Below are positions 34,736 to 46,396 of a DNA stretch of 64,000 nucleotides, one piece after another; positions within the stretch are counted from its first letter, which is position 1, and every line of letters begins with the position of its first letter. The stretch is from Desulfonatronospira sp. (GTDB lineage Bacteria; Desulfobacterota; Desulfovibrionia; Desulfovibrionales; Desulfonatronovibrionaceae): NCBI GenBank assembly GCA_003551155.1, contig PUMA01000181.1, positions 800 to 64,799 of the forward strand, given 5' to 3'. The translations under genes and the position numbers were made by a program. Below the pieces are notes generated by a model. That model was not told the origin of the DNA, did no database searches, and saw only the letters and a list, made by a program, of their open reading frames with translations.

Positions 34736-36967
34736 ATGTTAAGCAAGGAATTGGAAAGAATTATTGCCCGGGCTATTCGCGAGGTTAAAGTCCGGCATCA
34801 CGAATTTCTGACTCTGGAACATATACTCTACGCCTATATTCTGGATGACAAGGGCAAAGAGGTGCTTTCCGACTGTGGGGTTGATCTGTTCAAACTCAAG
34901 AACCAGCTGGAAAGATTCTTTGCTGACCACATGGAGGTTATGCCTCCGTCCGGAGACAGGGAGGTGGTCCAGACCATCGGGGTACAGCGGGTCATGCACA
35001 AGGCCCTGTCTCAGATTCAGTCCTCAGGCAAAAGCATGATTCAGGCGGGAGACCTGCTGGCAGCCATGTTTGAAGAGGAAGAGGCCTTTGCTGTTTATTA
35101 CCTGCAGTCCCACGGCCTTACCCGGCTTGATGTGCTGGAGTACATATCCCACGGCATGGAGAGGGATCAGCCCGGATCAGCCTGCCCCGGGTGCAAGCCC
35201 AAGGAGAAAAGTGAAAAAAGCTTTCTGGCACTATATACTGTGGATCTGGTGGACAAGGCCCGTAAAAAACTCATTGATCCCCTGGTGGGACGTGAAGAGG
35301 AGCTGAAAAGAGTCGTCCAGATCCTTCTCAGACGCCGGAAAAACAATCCCATCTTTGTAGGTGACGCAGGTGTGGGCAAAACAGCCATGGCTGAAGGCCT
35401 GGCCCTGCAGATCGCTGAAAGGAAAGTTCCCGAACCCTTTCTGAATACTTTAATTTTTGCTCTGGACATGGGGGCTCTGCTCGCCGGCACCAAATTCCGG
35501 GGAGATTTTGAAACCAGGCTCAAGGGTGTAATCAAGGAAGTAAAGGCTATTCCCGGGGCCATTCTGTTCATTGACGAGATTCACACTATTGTCGGAGCAG
35601 GCGCCACCAGCGGAGGATCCATGGATGCCTCCAACATCCTGAAGCCTGTTCTGGCCTCGGGCGAGATCCGCTGCATCGGTTCCACCACATATGAAGAGTA
35701 CAAGAATCACTTTGAAAAGGACAAGGCACTGTCCCGCAGATTCCAGAAGATCGAGCTCCCCGAGCCCAGCCTCAGGGAAAGCCTGGAGATTCTCAAGGGA
35801 CTGAAACCCTATTATGAGGAGTTTCATCATGTAAAGTATATGCCCTCGGCCCTCAAGGCTGCAGTGGAACTCTCGGCCCGCTACATAAACGACCGCTTCC
35901 TGCCGGACAAGGCCATTGATGTCCTGGACGAAGCAGGTTCCATCTTTGTCCTTTCAGACTCCGGCAAGATAAAAAAACAGATTACTCCCAGAGATATTGA
36001 AAGTGTGGTTTCCAGGATGGCCAGAATTCCATCCAGGCAGATTTCTTCTTCGGACAAGGACAGGCTGTTTAAGCTTGATACAGAACTGAAAAACACCATA
36101 TTCGGACAGGACCAGGCCATTGAGGCCCTGACCAGGGCTGTGAAGCGATCCAGGGCAGGACTAAGGGAAGAGAGCAAGACCGTGGGCAACTTCCTGCTCA
36201 TCGGGCCTACCGGGGTAGGGAAGACTGAACTGGCCCGGCAGATGTCCCAGGTCATGGGCGTGAGCTTTATCCGCTTTGATATGAGCGAATACATGGAAAA
36301 GCATGCTGTGGCCCGGCTTATAGGGGCTCCACCGGGATATGTGGGTTTTGACCAGGGCGGGCTTCTGACTGAGGCTATCCGCAAGAATCCTTACAGTATC
36401 CTGCTCCTGGACGAAATCGAAAAGGCTCATCCGGATATGTTCAATATCCTGCTGCAGATAATGGACTATGCCACCCTGACCGACAACAGCGGGCGCAAGG
36501 CTGATTTCCGGCATGTCACCCTGCTTATGACCTCCAATGCCGGGGCCAGGGAAATGAGTTCTCCGAGCATAGGGTTTGCCCAGGACAGCCACGAGGACCT
36601 TACCGCCAAGGGGATCAAGGCTGTGGAAAATATGTTCAGCCCGGAATTCCGTAACAGACTGGACGCAATCATCCCCTTCAACCCCTTGAGCAGGGAAGTG
36701 ATGCAGCAGATAGTGGACAAGAACATCCGGGAACTCAACCAGCAGCTGCAGAACAAGAAGATCACCGTGGAGCTTTCCTGGCCGGCCAGATCCTGGCTGG
36801 CGGAAAAGGGTCATGACCCCTCATTCGGGGCCAGGCCCCTGGCCAGACTGATTCAGGAGCAGATCAAGGACCCCCTGGCCGAGCGGCTGCTGTTCGAACA
36901 GGTGGACAGAAAATCCGTGGTCAGGGTGGAACTGGACAAAAAGAAAGATCAGCTCAGGATTAAGTGA
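34736..36967 (+). CDS. clpA: ATP-dependent Clp protease ATP-binding subunit ClpA
   Basis: Two AAA+ modules ([16 protein letters not shown]), no M-domain, follows clpS. Confidence 0.96.
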   Translation: MLSKELERIIARAIREVKVRHHEFLTLEHILYAYILDDKGKEVLSDCGVDLFKLKNQLERFFADHMEVMPPSGDREVVQTIGVQRVMHKALSQIQSSGKSMIQAGDLLAAMFEEEEAFAVYYLQSHGLTRLDVLEYISHGMERDQPGSACPGCKPKEKSEKSFLALYTVDLVDKARKKLIDPLVGREEELKRVVQILLRRRKNNPIFVGDAGVGKTAMAEGLALQIAERKVPEPFLNTLIFALDMGALLAGTKFRGDFETRLKGVIKEVKAIPGAILFIDEIHTIVGAGATSGGSMDASNILKPVLASGEIRCIGSTTYEEYKNHFEKDKALSRRFQKIELPEPSLRESLEILKGLKPYYEEFHHVKYMPSALKAAVELSARYINDRFLPDKAIDVLDEAGSIFVLSDSGKIKKQITPRDIESVVSRMARIPSRQISSSDKDRLFKLDTELKNTIFGQDQAIEALTRAVKRSRAGLREESKTVGNFLLIGPTGVGKTELARQMSQVMGVSFIRFDMSEYMEKHAVARLIGAPPGYVGFDQGGLLTEAIRKNPYSILLLDEIEKAHPDMFNILLQIMDYATLTDNSGRKADFRHVTLLMTSNAGAREMSSPSIGFAQDSHEDLTAKGIKAVENMFSPEFRNRLDAIIPFNPLSREVMQQIVDKNIRELNQQLQNKKITVELSWPARSWLAEKGHDPSFGARPLARLIQEQIKDPLAERLLFEQVDRKSVVRVELDKKKDQLRIK

Positions 36968-37689
36968 CCATAACCTTTCTCTCCCAACGCCTGGAATTTC
37001 CCCATCCGAGCCAGGCCGGACCCGACGGACTACTGGCTGTGGGCGGAGATCTATCTCCTGAACGCCTGCTGGCAGCCTATAAGCAGGGCATATTTCCCTG
37101 GTACGGTCCAGGATCGCCCATATTGTGGTGGTCTCCCGATCCCAGGCTGGTTCTTTATCCGCATAATATCCGCATATCCAGAAGACTGCGCCGGGTTTTA
37201 AACTCCGGCAGGTTTCTGATCACAGCAGACCTGGCTTTTGAAAAAGTCATAGAATACTGCGCCCGTACACCCAGAAAGGGAGCATGGGGAACCTGGCTGG
37301 TCCCGGAAATGATCGATGCCTACATCCGGCTGCACCATATGGGCATTGCCCACTGCTTTGAGGCCTGGGATCAGGGCAGGCTGGCAGGAGGAATATACGG
37401 AGTGGCCCTGGGGCGGGGATTTTTCGGAGAATCCATGTTCTACAGGGTTGCCAACGCCTCCAAGGCAGCCCTGGTTCACCTCTGTTCTTTCCTCGAAGAA
37501 CAGGGCTTTTTGTTCATGGATTGTCAACAGACCACCGGGCATATGCTGCGACTTGGAGCAGTGCAGATAGACCGGGCAGTCTTTCTTGATCAACTGGAAG
37601 CAGGCATGAGGTCCGGCCCGGGTCCTGGCAGATGGAGTTTGAGCAAGGGTGTCCACGAAATGAAACATAAGGCCTGCAGCAAGGACTGA
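36964..37689 (+). CDS. aat: Leucyl/phenylalanyl-tRNA--protein transferase
   Basis: GLLAVGGDLS, GIFPW, WWSPDPR, FFGESMF, ASKAAL. Confidence 0.96.
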   Translation: MTITFLSQRLEFPHPSQAGPDGLLAVGGDLSPERLLAAYKQGIFPWYGPGSPILWWSPDPRLVLYPHNIRISRRLRRVLNSGRFLITADLAFEKVIEYCARTPRKGAWGTWLVPEMIDAYIRLHHMGIAHCFEAWDQGRLAGGIYGVALGRGFFGESMFYRVANASKAALVHLCSFLEEQGFLFMDCQQTTGHMLRLGAVQIDRAVFLDQLEAGMRSGPGPGRWSLSKGVHEMKHKACSKD

Positions 37690-37740
37690 AAACGGACAGA
37701 CCTGTTTCAGAGGGCACCCGTTTTCTGCTGCCCTTTGTGC

Positions 37741-37758
37741 CTGTTTCGGCCGAAACAG
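37741..37758. terminator. Hairpin between convergent aat and the hypothetical gene
   Basis: CTGTTTCG-GC-CGAAACAG perfect inverted repeat. Confidence 0.45.
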
Positions 37759-37763
37759 CTGTT

Positions 37764-38276
37764 CTAGTCCTGCTCATCCTCCAGGATGGGAGGATGGTCG
37801 CTCAGGTCGTAATATCCGTGAACTGAAAAATCCAGGGTATAATTGGGGACTTTCTCCAGCCGGATGCGGCCGTGGTTTTCATCCTCGGGCATAAGGTGCA
37901 GGGGAATGAGTCCCTGGGGTATGGGAAAAGGCAGAGGAGCGCTGTTGATAGCTGAAATCTTCTGGGCGTATCTGGTCTTGAGGTATCGCACCAGCTCATC
38001 CCGCTCAAAACGGTCGAAAGACTCCATGATCACTTTGATGGCGTCTTGTTCTTCCAGGGACATCTGTTCCGGAGTTTTTCCAAGTATGTTCTCCCAGTCG
38101 TAGGCCGCTTCTTCTTCAGGATCCCAGGCGCTGCGGTACAGATGCACCTCAACGTCTTTTCTGCCCTTGAAAGACTTTATGACCATGTTGACCACGTAAC
38201 CCCGTTCCAGCGGCAGGTTCTGACTCAGAGGAACAATATTTATTTCCATCTGCTGCTCCAGGGGAATCATATTCAA
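37764..38276 (-). CDS. Hypothetical protein, acidic, 170 aa
   Basis: Long ORF filling the gap downstream of adk with normal composition; family not recognised. Confidence 0.75.
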   Translation of the reverse strand: MNMIPLEQQMEINIVPLSQNLPLERGYVVNMVIKSFKGRKDVEVHLYRSAWDPEEEAAYDWENILGKTPEQMSLEEQDAIKVIMESFDRFERDELVRYLKTRYAQKISAINSAPLPFPIPQGLIPLHLMPEDENHGRIRLEKVPNYTLDFSVHGYYDLSDHPPILEDEQD

Positions 38277-38288
38277 AACAAAAGATTA

Positions 38289-38324
38289 TCAGGCAGGGAC
38301 AGGACCTGGCTCGTCCCTGCCTGA
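38289..38324. terminator. Strong hairpin between adk and the hypothetical gene
   Basis: TCAGGCAGGGAC-N12-GTCCCTGCCTGA perfect 12-bp stem. Confidence 0.5.
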
Positions 38325-38437
38325 GCTGTGAAGCACTGCTGTTTTTTTGCGGGGTGCTTTCGCGCCGGACTGTCGGCTCTGCCGCCCCGCTATCGAACTT
38401 TAGGATATGCGGTGCCCTGCGGGCAAGGTCACTGAAA

Positions 38438-39109
38438 TCAATCCAGCTGTTTCTGCAAAGTATCTTTAACCTCTTCGATACTCCCGCTGCCGTCCAGCTC
38501 AATATATTTGAAACCTTCCTTGTCAGCCAGTTCCTTGAAAAAGTAGGCCGCGGCCAGAGTGCCGTTTTCTGCATCATAGTAGATGTCATGCCTCTTATCT
38601 ATAGCCGCTTCGTCCTGATCGTCTGACCTGGTTTTGAGATCTCCGCCGCAGACCCTGCACTTGTCTCCATCGGGCTTTATGGCCTCGACATAGATGTTAT
38701 TGGGATGGTTGGGATCATTGGAGCACAGCCTGCGGCCCATGATTCTCTTTTTGGCCGTATCTCTGGACAGCTGAACCTCGATGACGTAATTGAGCTTCAT
38801 ACCCTCTTTCTGCAGGGCATCCCAGAGCATTTTCGCCTGAGCCACATTGCGGGGGAAACCGTCCAGAAGCCAGCCTCCCTGACCTTCCTTCTTCAAGGTT
38901 TCCAGCACCATGGGCACAGTAATCTCGTCAGGCACCAGCTCACCCTTGTCGATGTAAGACTTGGCCTTCTGGCCAAGTTCGGTTCCCTGTTTGATATGCT
39001 CCCTGAAAATTGCTCCTGACTCAATATGCGCCAGGTTGTATTTATTTTTGACCAGAGAACCCTGGGCACCTTTACCGCTTCCGTTGGGACCAAAAATCAA
39101 GCTGTTCAA
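38438..39109 (-). CDS. adk: Adenylate kinase
   Basis: GPNGSGKGAQG, LLDGFPRN, RSDD; TTG start at 39109 after GGAGG. Confidence 0.95.
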   Translation of the reverse strand: MNSLIFGPNGSGKGAQGSLVKNKYNLAHIESGAIFREHIKQGTELGQKAKSYIDKGELVPDEITVPMVLETLKKEGQGGWLLDGFPRNVAQAKMLWDALQKEGMKLNYVIEVQLSRDTAKKRIMGRRLCSNDPNHPNNIYVEAIKPDGDKCRVCGGDLKTRSDDQDEAAIDKRHDIYYDAENGTLAAAYFFKELADKEGFKYIELDGSGSIEEVKDTLQKQLD

Positions 39110-39375
39110 TTTTGACCTCCTTGTTTTATACATTTTTTCTGGCACAAATAGCCCTAAACGGATAGTCATGTCAATCAGGCTGCTCTCCTTTCTCCTGCCC
39201 GGCCTGCAGGCCTTTCAGCCGGGACTTGGCAAACAGGTCCTCCTTGGGATATATTTTTCCTGGTGCAGGTTGAAAAAAACGGATCCGGCTGTCAGGATTT
39301 GGTCCGAGCCGGGCTGAACCGCACTTCATATGCCCGGACGTATTGTGAACCATAATTAAACCATACGGAAGAATT

Positions 39376-41073
39376 ATGAAGACCAAGTTTATTTTTATCA
39401 CCGGAGGCGTGCTTTCTTCACTGGGCAAGGGCCTGGCCGCCGCCTCCATAGGAGCCCTGCTCAAGGCCCGCGGCCTGAAAGTGACCATTCAGAAACTGGA
39501 TCCCTACATTAATGTAGACCCGGGAACAATGAATCCCTTCCAGCATGGTGAGGTTTATGTCACGGATGACGGAGCTGAAACAGACCTGGACCTGGGCCAT
39601 TATGAGCGCTACCTGGATCAGCCCATGAGTCAGATCAACAACTTCACCTCGGGCAGCATCTACCATTCGGTGATAACCAAGGAAAGAAGGGGAGACTACC
39701 TGGGGGGTACGGTTCAGGTCATTCCTCATGTGACGGATGAAATCAAAAGTGCAATCCTGAGCGTGGCCCGGAAAGAGGAAGATGTAGCCATCATCGAGAT
39801 CGGCGGAACCGTGGGTGACATCGAAAGCCTGCCCTTTCTGGAAGCCATCAGGCAGCTTAGAAGCGATCTGGGCAAGGAAAACGTGCTGTACATCCATCTG
39901 ACCCTGGTCCCCTATATAAAAGCTGCCGGCGAGATCAAGACCAAGCCCACCCAGCACAGTGTCAAGGAGCTTCGAAGTATCGGCATTCAGGCCGATATTA
40001 TTCTTTGCCGCTGCGAAGTGGATCTGGACCAGGAGATCAAGGCCAAGATAGCCCTGTTCTGCAATGTTGATCCGGACGCGGTGTTCACGGCCAAAGATGT
40101 GCAGAGCATTTATGAAGTTCCACTCATGCTTTATGATGAGGGCCTGGATCAGAAAGTCGCCATCCTGCTCAAGCTCCCGGCCAAGAACCCCAACCTGCAG
40201 GACTGGAAAAACCTTGTCCACCGTCTTCATCATTTCAAGCGCCAGGTACGAATTGCCATCGTGGGCAAGTACGTGAATCTGAAGGAGTCATATAAGAGCC
40301 TTCACGAGGCCATTGTTCATGCCGGGCTGGAGAGCGAGTCGCATGTTGCCCTGAGCTACGTCAATTCTGAAGAATTGACTGAGCAGAACCTGAAAAAAAA
40401 GCTGGAGGGTGCACACGGCATCCTGGTCCCTGGAGGGTTCGGAGCACGCGGCATTGAGGGCAAGCTGATGGCTGTCAGACATGCCCGGGAAAACAGGATT
40501 CCTTTTCTGGGAATCTGCCTGGGAATGCAGTGCGCTGTAATCGAGTTTGCCAGGAACGTGCTTCTGCTCCAGGATGCCGATTCCCAGGAGTTCAACCCAG
40601 ACACCGCCCATCCGGTTATCTACCTGATGACTGAATGGTATGATTTCAGAAATCAGGCCGTTCAGACAAGGGACACATCCAGCCACAAGGGGGGAACCAT
40701 GCGTCTGGGGGCTTACCCGTGCGTGCTCAGGGCTGACACCAGAGCCATGCAGGCCTACAGGACCCGGCAGGTGACTGAACGGCACAGGCACAGGTACGAG
40801 TTCAACATGAAATTCGCAGCTGATTTTGAAGCGGCAGGCATGCTGCTCAGCGGGCTGTCTCCGGATGAAAAACTGGTGGAAATAATTGAGCTCAAGGATC
40901 ATCCCTGGTTTCTGGGATGTCAGTTTCACCCGGAATTCCGCTCCAATCCCATGCGTCCCCACCCTCTTTTCCGGGATTTTGTCCGGGCCGCAGAACTTAT
41001 GACTGCCTCATCAGAGGGACGGGATTCCCTTGCTGAACAGGCAGAGGACGTTGAATTTGATGGAGCTGCTTGA
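39376..41073 (+). CDS. pyrG: CTP synthase
   Basis: [35 protein letters not shown]. Confidence 0.98.
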   Translation: MKTKFIFITGGVLSSLGKGLAAASIGALLKARGLKVTIQKLDPYINVDPGTMNPFQHGEVYVTDDGAETDLDLGHYERYLDQPMSQINNFTSGSIYHSVITKERRGDYLGGTVQVIPHVTDEIKSAILSVARKEEDVAIIEIGGTVGDIESLPFLEAIRQLRSDLGKENVLYIHLTLVPYIKAAGEIKTKPTQHSVKELRSIGIQADIILCRCEVDLDQEIKAKIALFCNVDPDAVFTAKDVQSIYEVPLMLYDEGLDQKVAILLKLPAKNPNLQDWKNLVHRLHHFKRQVRIAIVGKYVNLKESYKSLHEAIVHAGLESESHVALSYVNSEELTEQNLKKKLEGAHGILVPGGFGARGIEGKLMAVRHARENRIPFLGICLGMQCAVIEFARNVLLLQDADSQEFNPDTAHPVIYLMTEWYDFRNQAVQTRDTSSHKGGTMRLGAYPCVLRADTRAMQAYRTRQVTERHRHRYEFNMKFAADFEAAGMLLSGLSPDEKLVEIIELKDHPWFLGCQFHPEFRSNPMRPHPLFRDFVRAAELMTASSEGRDSLAEQAEDVEFDGAA

Positions 41074-41094
41074 CCGATTCAGGACGTAAGGGTT

Positions 41095-41898
41095 ATGGAA
41101 GACATTTATACTGACAGCAGAAACAAACTTTTTTTCATTCTGGGTCCCTGCGTCCTGGAAAACAGAGACATGGCGCTGACAGCAGCTGAACAGCTGGCGG
41201 CGATGGCTGGCAGGCTTGGCGTAACCGTGGTTTTTAAAAGTTCATTTGACAAGGCCAACCGCACTGCAAAAGACGGCTTCAGAGGCCCCGGGATGGAACA
41301 GGGCCTGCTTTGGCTGCAAGAGATCAAAAGAAGAACCGGTCTGCCTCTGATTACAGACATACATTTGCCGCAGCAGGCTCAAGCTGTGGCTGAAGTGGTG
41401 GATGTAATTCAGATCCCCGCTTTTCTGTGCCGCCAGACTGATTTGCTGGTGGCTGCAGCTGGGACTGGAAAAATTGTGAACATTAAAAAGGGTCAGTTCA
41501 TGGCCCCCTGGGATATGTCCAGTGTAGCTGAAAAGGTGGCCCGAAGCGGAAACCGGCGGATCTGGCTTACAGAACGCGGCTCCGCCTTCGGCTATAATAA
41601 CCTGGTGGTGGATTTCAAGTCCATCCCGGTCATGGCCCGTTTGGGGTATCCGGTTATAATGGACGCCACCCACTCGGTCCAGCTGCCTGGAGGTCTCGGA
41701 GCATCTTCAGGCGGAGAACGCGAATTTGTTCCGGTGCTGGCCAGGGCCGGAGTGGCTGCAGGCTGCCATGGTGTGTTCATGGAGGTGCATCCTGACCCTC
41801 AAAACGCTTTATGTGACGGTCCTAATTCCTGGCCTCTGGCTGAGACCTTTTCCCTGCTGCAAAATCTTTTAAGAATCCGACGAGCAGTGTATGCCTGA
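41095..41898 (+). CDS. kdsA: KDO8P synthase
   Basis: FKSSFDKANRT, QIPAFLCRQTD, NIKKGQF, DATHSVQ. Confidence 0.97.
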   Translation: MEDIYTDSRNKLFFILGPCVLENRDMALTAAEQLAAMAGRLGVTVVFKSSFDKANRTAKDGFRGPGMEQGLLWLQEIKRRTGLPLITDIHLPQQAQAVAEVVDVIQIPAFLCRQTDLLVAAAGTGKIVNIKKGQFMAPWDMSSVAEKVARSGNRRIWLTERGSAFGYNNLVVDFKSIPVMARLGYPVIMDATHSVQLPGGLGASSGGEREFVPVLARAGVAAGCHGVFMEVHPDPQNALCDGPNSWPLAETFSLLQNLLRIRRAVYA

Positions 41899-42427
41899 AG
41901 ACCCCAAGCGTGCTGCCCGGAACGTAAAACTGTTTATTCTGGACGTGGACGGAGTGCTTACTGACGGAGGACTGTACTATGACCATGACGGCCGTATAAG
42001 CAAAAGATTCAATGTGCAGGACGGGATGGGTCTCAAGATGGCCCAGTCTGCCGGTCTGGATGTGGCCGTGATCAGCGGTCTCGATTCCCGTGCAGTGGAA
42101 GCAAGAATAAGGGAGCTGGGCATAACCGATTATTTTCCCGGATATATCCGGAAAATGCCCTTGCTGCACAAGCTGGCTCAGGATAAAAACCTGTCTTTCT
42201 CTCAAATGGCTTATCTGGGAGATGACTGGGTGGACGCCCAGGCCATGGCCAGCGTAGGGCTGCCCATGGCCGTGGCCAATGCCCAGCCGGAAATAATCCA
42301 GCTGGCCCTCTGGACCTCCTCTGCCAATGGAGGACACGGGGCAGTGCGCCAGGCTGTGCGCTTTATTCTGCAGGCCCAGGGCAGGCTTGATGAACAGTGG
42401 GCCAAATGGATCAGTGGTCATGTATAA
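41891..42427 (+). CDS. kdsC: KDO8P phosphatase (HAD family)
   Basis: LDVDGVLTDG, FNVQDG, YLGDD. Confidence 0.93.
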   Translation: MPEDPKRAARNVKLFILDVDGVLTDGGLYYDHDGRISKRFNVQDGMGLKMAQSAGLDVAVISGLDSRAVEARIRELGITDYFPGYIRKMPLLHKLAQDKNLSFSQMAYLGDDWVDAQAMASVGLPMAVANAQPEIIQLALWTSSANGGHGAVRQAVRFILQAQGRLDEQWAKWISGHV

Positions 42428-42995
42428 AAGGCTTGCTCCTGCGGGACTCGGCCTGCTTTTGCTTGCTCTTCTGCTGAGCATGCTGCTGAGGAATACCCCC
42501 GGCCCCGGAAGAATAGGCTTTGACCCGGATATGCAGGTTGATTTAAACATCCAGGCCCTGACCCTGATACAGGGAGTTGAAGGCAGAAGCCTCTGGGAAC
42601 TCAAGGCCAGGGAGGCCGGCTTTCTGCGCAGGGAAAACCAGATCCTGCTCAATGAACCCGTTTTTACCTATTTTGGAGATAATGACGCAGATACCCTTAA
42701 GATATGGTCTTCTCAGGGCAAAGTGAGCCAGGATGATCAGGTGGTGCACATGTGGCCCGATGTCAGGGCACAGTCAGGAGAATTACACGCCAAAGCCGAC
42801 AGTGCCGTGTACATGGAAAAAGACGGCCGGATTCTGCTGGAGGATAACGTGGTTTTCTCTGGCAGGGGAATGGTGATAAGGGCTCCAAGGGCCACGATTT
42901 TCCTGGAAAAGGACATGATTGTAGCCACTGGAGGTGTAGGCACAAGTATCCCGGGATCCACTGCAGGAGATTCTGGGCGGAACAATCAACCATGA
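42420..42995 (+). CDS. lptC: LPS export protein LptC
   Basis: N-terminal TM anchor and beta-rich body; operon position; likely start MYKRL. Confidence 0.8.
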   Translation: MYKRLAPAGLGLLLLALLLSMLLRNTPGPGRIGFDPDMQVDLNIQALTLIQGVEGRSLWELKAREAGFLRRENQILLNEPVFTYFGDNDADTLKIWSSQGKVSQDDQVVHMWPDVRAQSGELHAKADSAVYMEKDGRILLEDNVVFSGRGMVIRAPRATIFLEKDMIVATGGVGTSIPGSTAGDSGRNNQP

Positions 42996-43010
42996 ACAGG
43001 CAGTAAACGT

Positions 43011-43526
43011 ATGCTACACAAGATATGCTTTCTGATCCTCACATGCACTCTGGCGGTAGTGCTTCAGCCCGCCCTGGGGGCAGGGGCCCAGGCGGGAAAA
43101 AAGGGTACTGAAATTACATCCCGGGAGATGACCTACACCGGAGAACAGAACCTGGTGGTCTTTTCCGGGGATGTCCATGTCCTGCGTCCGGATTTTGAAC
43201 TTTGGTCTGACGAGCTTCATGTCTTCCTGAAGAACGGCGCTGACCTGGAACAGAACAGCACAGGAGAGGACGAAAACATAGAAAAAATTATCGCCAGGGG
43301 CAGCGTGCGCATAAAAGGAGACGGCCGGGAGGGCCGCAGCGGTCTTCTGACCTATTTTCCGGATACCGAAACCGTACACCTGGAAGATCAGCCCAGGCTC
43401 CTGGAGAACAGAAATACTGTGGAGGGAGAAACCATAATCCTGAACCTGAGGGATAATACATCGCAGGTGCTGGGTGGAGACAGGCAAAGGGTACGGGTTA
43501 TTTTTTATCCTGACGGGGATGAATAG
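43011..43526 (+). CDS. lptA: LPS export periplasmic protein LptA/OstA
   Basis: Signal peptide, VVFSGDVHV, IIARGSV, RVRVIF. Confidence 0.88.
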   Translation: MLHKICFLILTCTLAVVLQPALGAGAQAGKKGTEITSREMTYTGEQNLVVFSGDVHVLRPDFELWSDELHVFLKNGADLEQNSTGEDENIEKIIARGSVRIKGDGREGRSGLLTYFPDTETVHLEDQPRLLENRNTVEGETIILNLRDNTSQVLGGDRQRVRVIFYPDGDE

Positions 43527-44248
43527 TGGAAACCCTCCGGGCCGTGGATGTTTACAAGCAGTACGGCAAAAGGCTGGTGGTCAGGGGGATTTCCCTGGAC
43601 ATATCCCGGGGTGAAATCATCGGTCTGCTGGGCCCCAACGGTGCCGGCAAAACCACCACCTTCTACATTCTGGTGGGAATAATCTCTCCCGGCAGGGGCC
43701 GGGTGATCTTTGCGGGGCAAGATATAACTAGACTTTCACTGCCCAAAAGGGCAAAGTTGGGTATGAGCTATCTGCCACAGGAAAGCTCGGTTTTCAAAAA
43801 GCTTACTGTTTTTGAAAACCTGATGCTGATTCTGGAATATACGCTTAAAGACAGAAAAGCCCGGCGGGAAAAGGCGGAATACCTGATGGATGAGCTGGGC
43901 ATATCCAGGCTGGCAGGACAGAAGGCATCCCTTTTGTCAGGAGGGGAAAGCCGGCGGCTGGAAATTGCCAGATCCCTGATCAAGGATCCCAGATTCATCC
44001 TACTGGATGAGCCCTTTGCGGGCATCGATCCCATTGCTGTGGACGATATCCAGAAAATCATTCTGAAACTTAAGGAAAAGAACATAGGCGTGCTCATATC
44101 GGACCATAATGTCCGGGAAACACTCAAGATTTGTGACCGGGCTTCAATTGTTTATGACGGTCAGGTTATTCTTGACGGCACTCCCGGAGACATTGCCCAG
44201 GATGCCCGGGCCAGGAAGGTATATCTGGGTGAATCTTTCCAGCTCTAA
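43526..44248 (+). CDS. lptB: LPS export ABC ATPase
   Basis: GPNGAGKTT, LSGGESRR, LLDEPFAGIDP, VYLGESF. Confidence 0.96.
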   Translation: METLRAVDVYKQYGKRLVVRGISLDISRGEIIGLLGPNGAGKTTTFYILVGIISPGRGRVIFAGQDITRLSLPKRAKLGMSYLPQESSVFKKLTVFENLMLILEYTLKDRKARREKAEYLMDELGISRLAGQKASLLSGGESRRLEIARSLIKDPRFILLDEPFAGIDPIAVDDIQKIILKLKEKNIGVLISDHNVRETLKICDRASIVYDGQVILDGTPGDIAQDARARKVYLGESFQL

Positions 44249-44263
44249 TCAGGTCAAGTCAGT

Positions 44264-45706
44264 ATGTCCCTGGAACTGAGACAACAACTCAAGCTCTCCC
44301 AGCAGCTGGTCATGACTCCACAGCTGCAGCAGGCCATAAAGCTTCTGCAGCTTTCCAGGGTGGAGCTTCTGGAAGTGATTCAGCAGGAGCTGCTTGAAAA
44401 TCCCATGCTGGAGGAAATCCAGTTCCAGGAAGACGAGCAGAGCAAGAGGGATTCTCAGGATGAAACAAGGCGCGCCAGCAGTCTTAGCAGTGAAGAGCAG
44501 TCGTTGATAAGAAATGCCGACTGGGAGGACTACCTGGGAGAATTTTCCTCCAGTTCCAAGCACTCAGCCTATCAGGAGCGGGAAAGCCCTGAAGAAATGC
44601 AGAGTTTCGAGGCCAGGTACTCTTCCAGGCCCTCCCTGCAGGGACATCTGTTCTGGCAGCTGCAGCTGCAGAAGTTTTCCCCAGAGGAAATGCATGTGGG
44701 TGAAGAGATTATCGGCAACCTGGACTCCCGGGGGTATCTACAGGCCACTGCAGGGGAAATAGCAGCCTCTTCCGGAGTTGATCAGGAAAAGGTGGAATCT
44801 GTACTTAAACGCATCCAGCAGTTTGATCCCGTAGGCGTGGCGTCCAGAGACATCAGGGAATGTCTCATGGTACAGCTTGAGGCCCTTAACGAGGATGATC
44901 CCGTTCTGACCTCCCTGGTCCGGGATCACCTGGAAGACATTGAAAAAAACAGGATCGGGCCCCTGCTTAAAAAATTCAGAGTGAGCAAGGAGCTGATGCT
45001 TGAGTACATCCAGATGATAAGAAGCCTGGATCCGTTTCCCGGCTCCAGTTTCGGCAGCGAGGATGTCGTCTATATCAGCCCGGATATTTATGTGTATGAA
45101 TATGAAAATGATTTTGTTATTATGCTTAATGAAGACGGGCTGCCCGCTCTTCAGCTCAACTCCTTTTACATCGGCACGGACAGGAGCCAGAAAAACAAGG
45201 CCTGCAAGCAGGAGAACGACTACATTCAAGAAAAAACACGCTCTGCTGTTTGGCTGATGAAGAGCCTGCACCAGAGGCAGCGCACGCTGTACAAGGTCAT
45301 GCAGAGCATACTCAAATTCCAGAAGGAATTTTTTGAGCAGGGGGTCAGCCGGTTAAAGCCACTGATTCTCAAGGAGGTGGCAGAGGACATCAACATGCAC
45401 GAATCAACGGTAAGCAGAATAACCACCAATAAATACGTCTCCACACCCCACGGCATCTTTGAGCTCAAGTTCTTCTTCAACAGCGCCCTAAGCATGGATG
45501 GCGGAGGACACATGGGTTCCGAGAGCGTCAAAGCGGCCATAAAACAGATGATCAGCCGGGAAGACCCGCAAAAGCCCCTGAGTGACGAGGCCATCTCTTC
45601 CCTTCTCAAGGAAAGGCTGGATGTGAACATCGCCCGCAGGACCGTGGCCAAGTACAGAATAGCCCTGAACATCCCCTCTTCTTCCCAGAGAAAAAAATTT
45701 TTTTAA
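44264..45706 (+). CDS. rpoN: RNA polymerase sigma-54 factor
   Basis: MTPQLQQAIKLLQL, MHESTVSR, RpoN box ARRTVAKYR. Confidence 0.98.
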   Translation: MSLELRQQLKLSQQLVMTPQLQQAIKLLQLSRVELLEVIQQELLENPMLEEIQFQEDEQSKRDSQDETRRASSLSSEEQSLIRNADWEDYLGEFSSSSKHSAYQERESPEEMQSFEARYSSRPSLQGHLFWQLQLQKFSPEEMHVGEEIIGNLDSRGYLQATAGEIAASSGVDQEKVESVLKRIQQFDPVGVASRDIRECLMVQLEALNEDDPVLTSLVRDHLEDIEKNRIGPLLKKFRVSKELMLEYIQMIRSLDPFPGSSFGSEDVVYISPDIYVYEYENDFVIMLNEDGLPALQLNSFYIGTDRSQKNKACKQENDYIQEKTRSAVWLMKSLHQRQRTLYKVMQSILKFQKEFFEQGVSRLKPLILKEVAEDINMHESTVSRITTNKYVSTPHGIFELKFFFNSALSMDGGGHMGSESVKAAIKQMISREDPQKPLSDEAISSLLKERLDVNIARRTVAKYRIALNIPSSSQRKKFF

Positions 45707-45740
45707 TCTTAGTGATCTATCCAAATTCAAGGAGGTCCAC

Positions 45741-46286
45741 ATGCACATCAAGTTCAATTTCAAGAATTTTGAACCTTCGGAGCATCTGAAAAAATATGCC
45801 CGGGATCGGTTTGAAAAGCTTTCCAGATATATGACCGACAACCATGCTGCTGAACTTCAGGTGAACATGGAGGTCGAGAAATTCAGGCACATTTCCGAAT
45901 GCATACTTACAGGCAAGGACATTCATATCTCGGCCAACGAAGAGACCGAGGACATGTACTCCACAGTCGACCTGAGCCTGGACAAGCTGGAGGCGCAGCT
46001 CAAGAAGCAGCGGGACAAAAGCAAGGACAAGAAAAAAAAGGCCAGGGAAAAGCAGGTGCGCATGGACATTGTCAGCTTCACCTCTTCCGAGGAGGGGGAA
46101 AGAGAACAGCGGATCGTGGCCACAGACCAGTACGAGCCAAAACCCATGGACCTGGAAGAAGCTGCCATGCAGCTTGAAACCCTTGGGTATGACTTTCTGG
46201 TCTTCCTGAACGCAGAAACTGAAAGGGTTAACGTGGTTTACCGGCGCAAGGACGGCGACTTCGGTTTTATCGATCCGGGAGTCTGA
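45741..46286 (+). CDS. hpf: Long ribosome hibernation promoting factor
   Basis: DMYSTVD, KPMDLEEAAMQL, NVVYRRKDG. Confidence 0.93.
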   Translation: MHIKFNFKNFEPSEHLKKYARDRFEKLSRYMTDNHAAELQVNMEVEKFRHISECILTGKDIHISANEETEDMYSTVDLSLDKLEAQLKKQRDKSKDKKKKAREKQVRMDIVSFTSSEEGEREQRIVATDQYEPKPMDLEEAAMQLETLGYDFLVFLNAETERVNVVYRRKDGDFGFIDPGV

Positions 46287-46396
46287 CCATGGCAAACAAC
46301 AGGAACAGGAATTTTTTTCCGGATAAGAATGTCAGGACTTCCTTGCGGCCCCTGAAAATTAATTGTTAATTATATTTGCTGTTTGCAGGAAATTAA

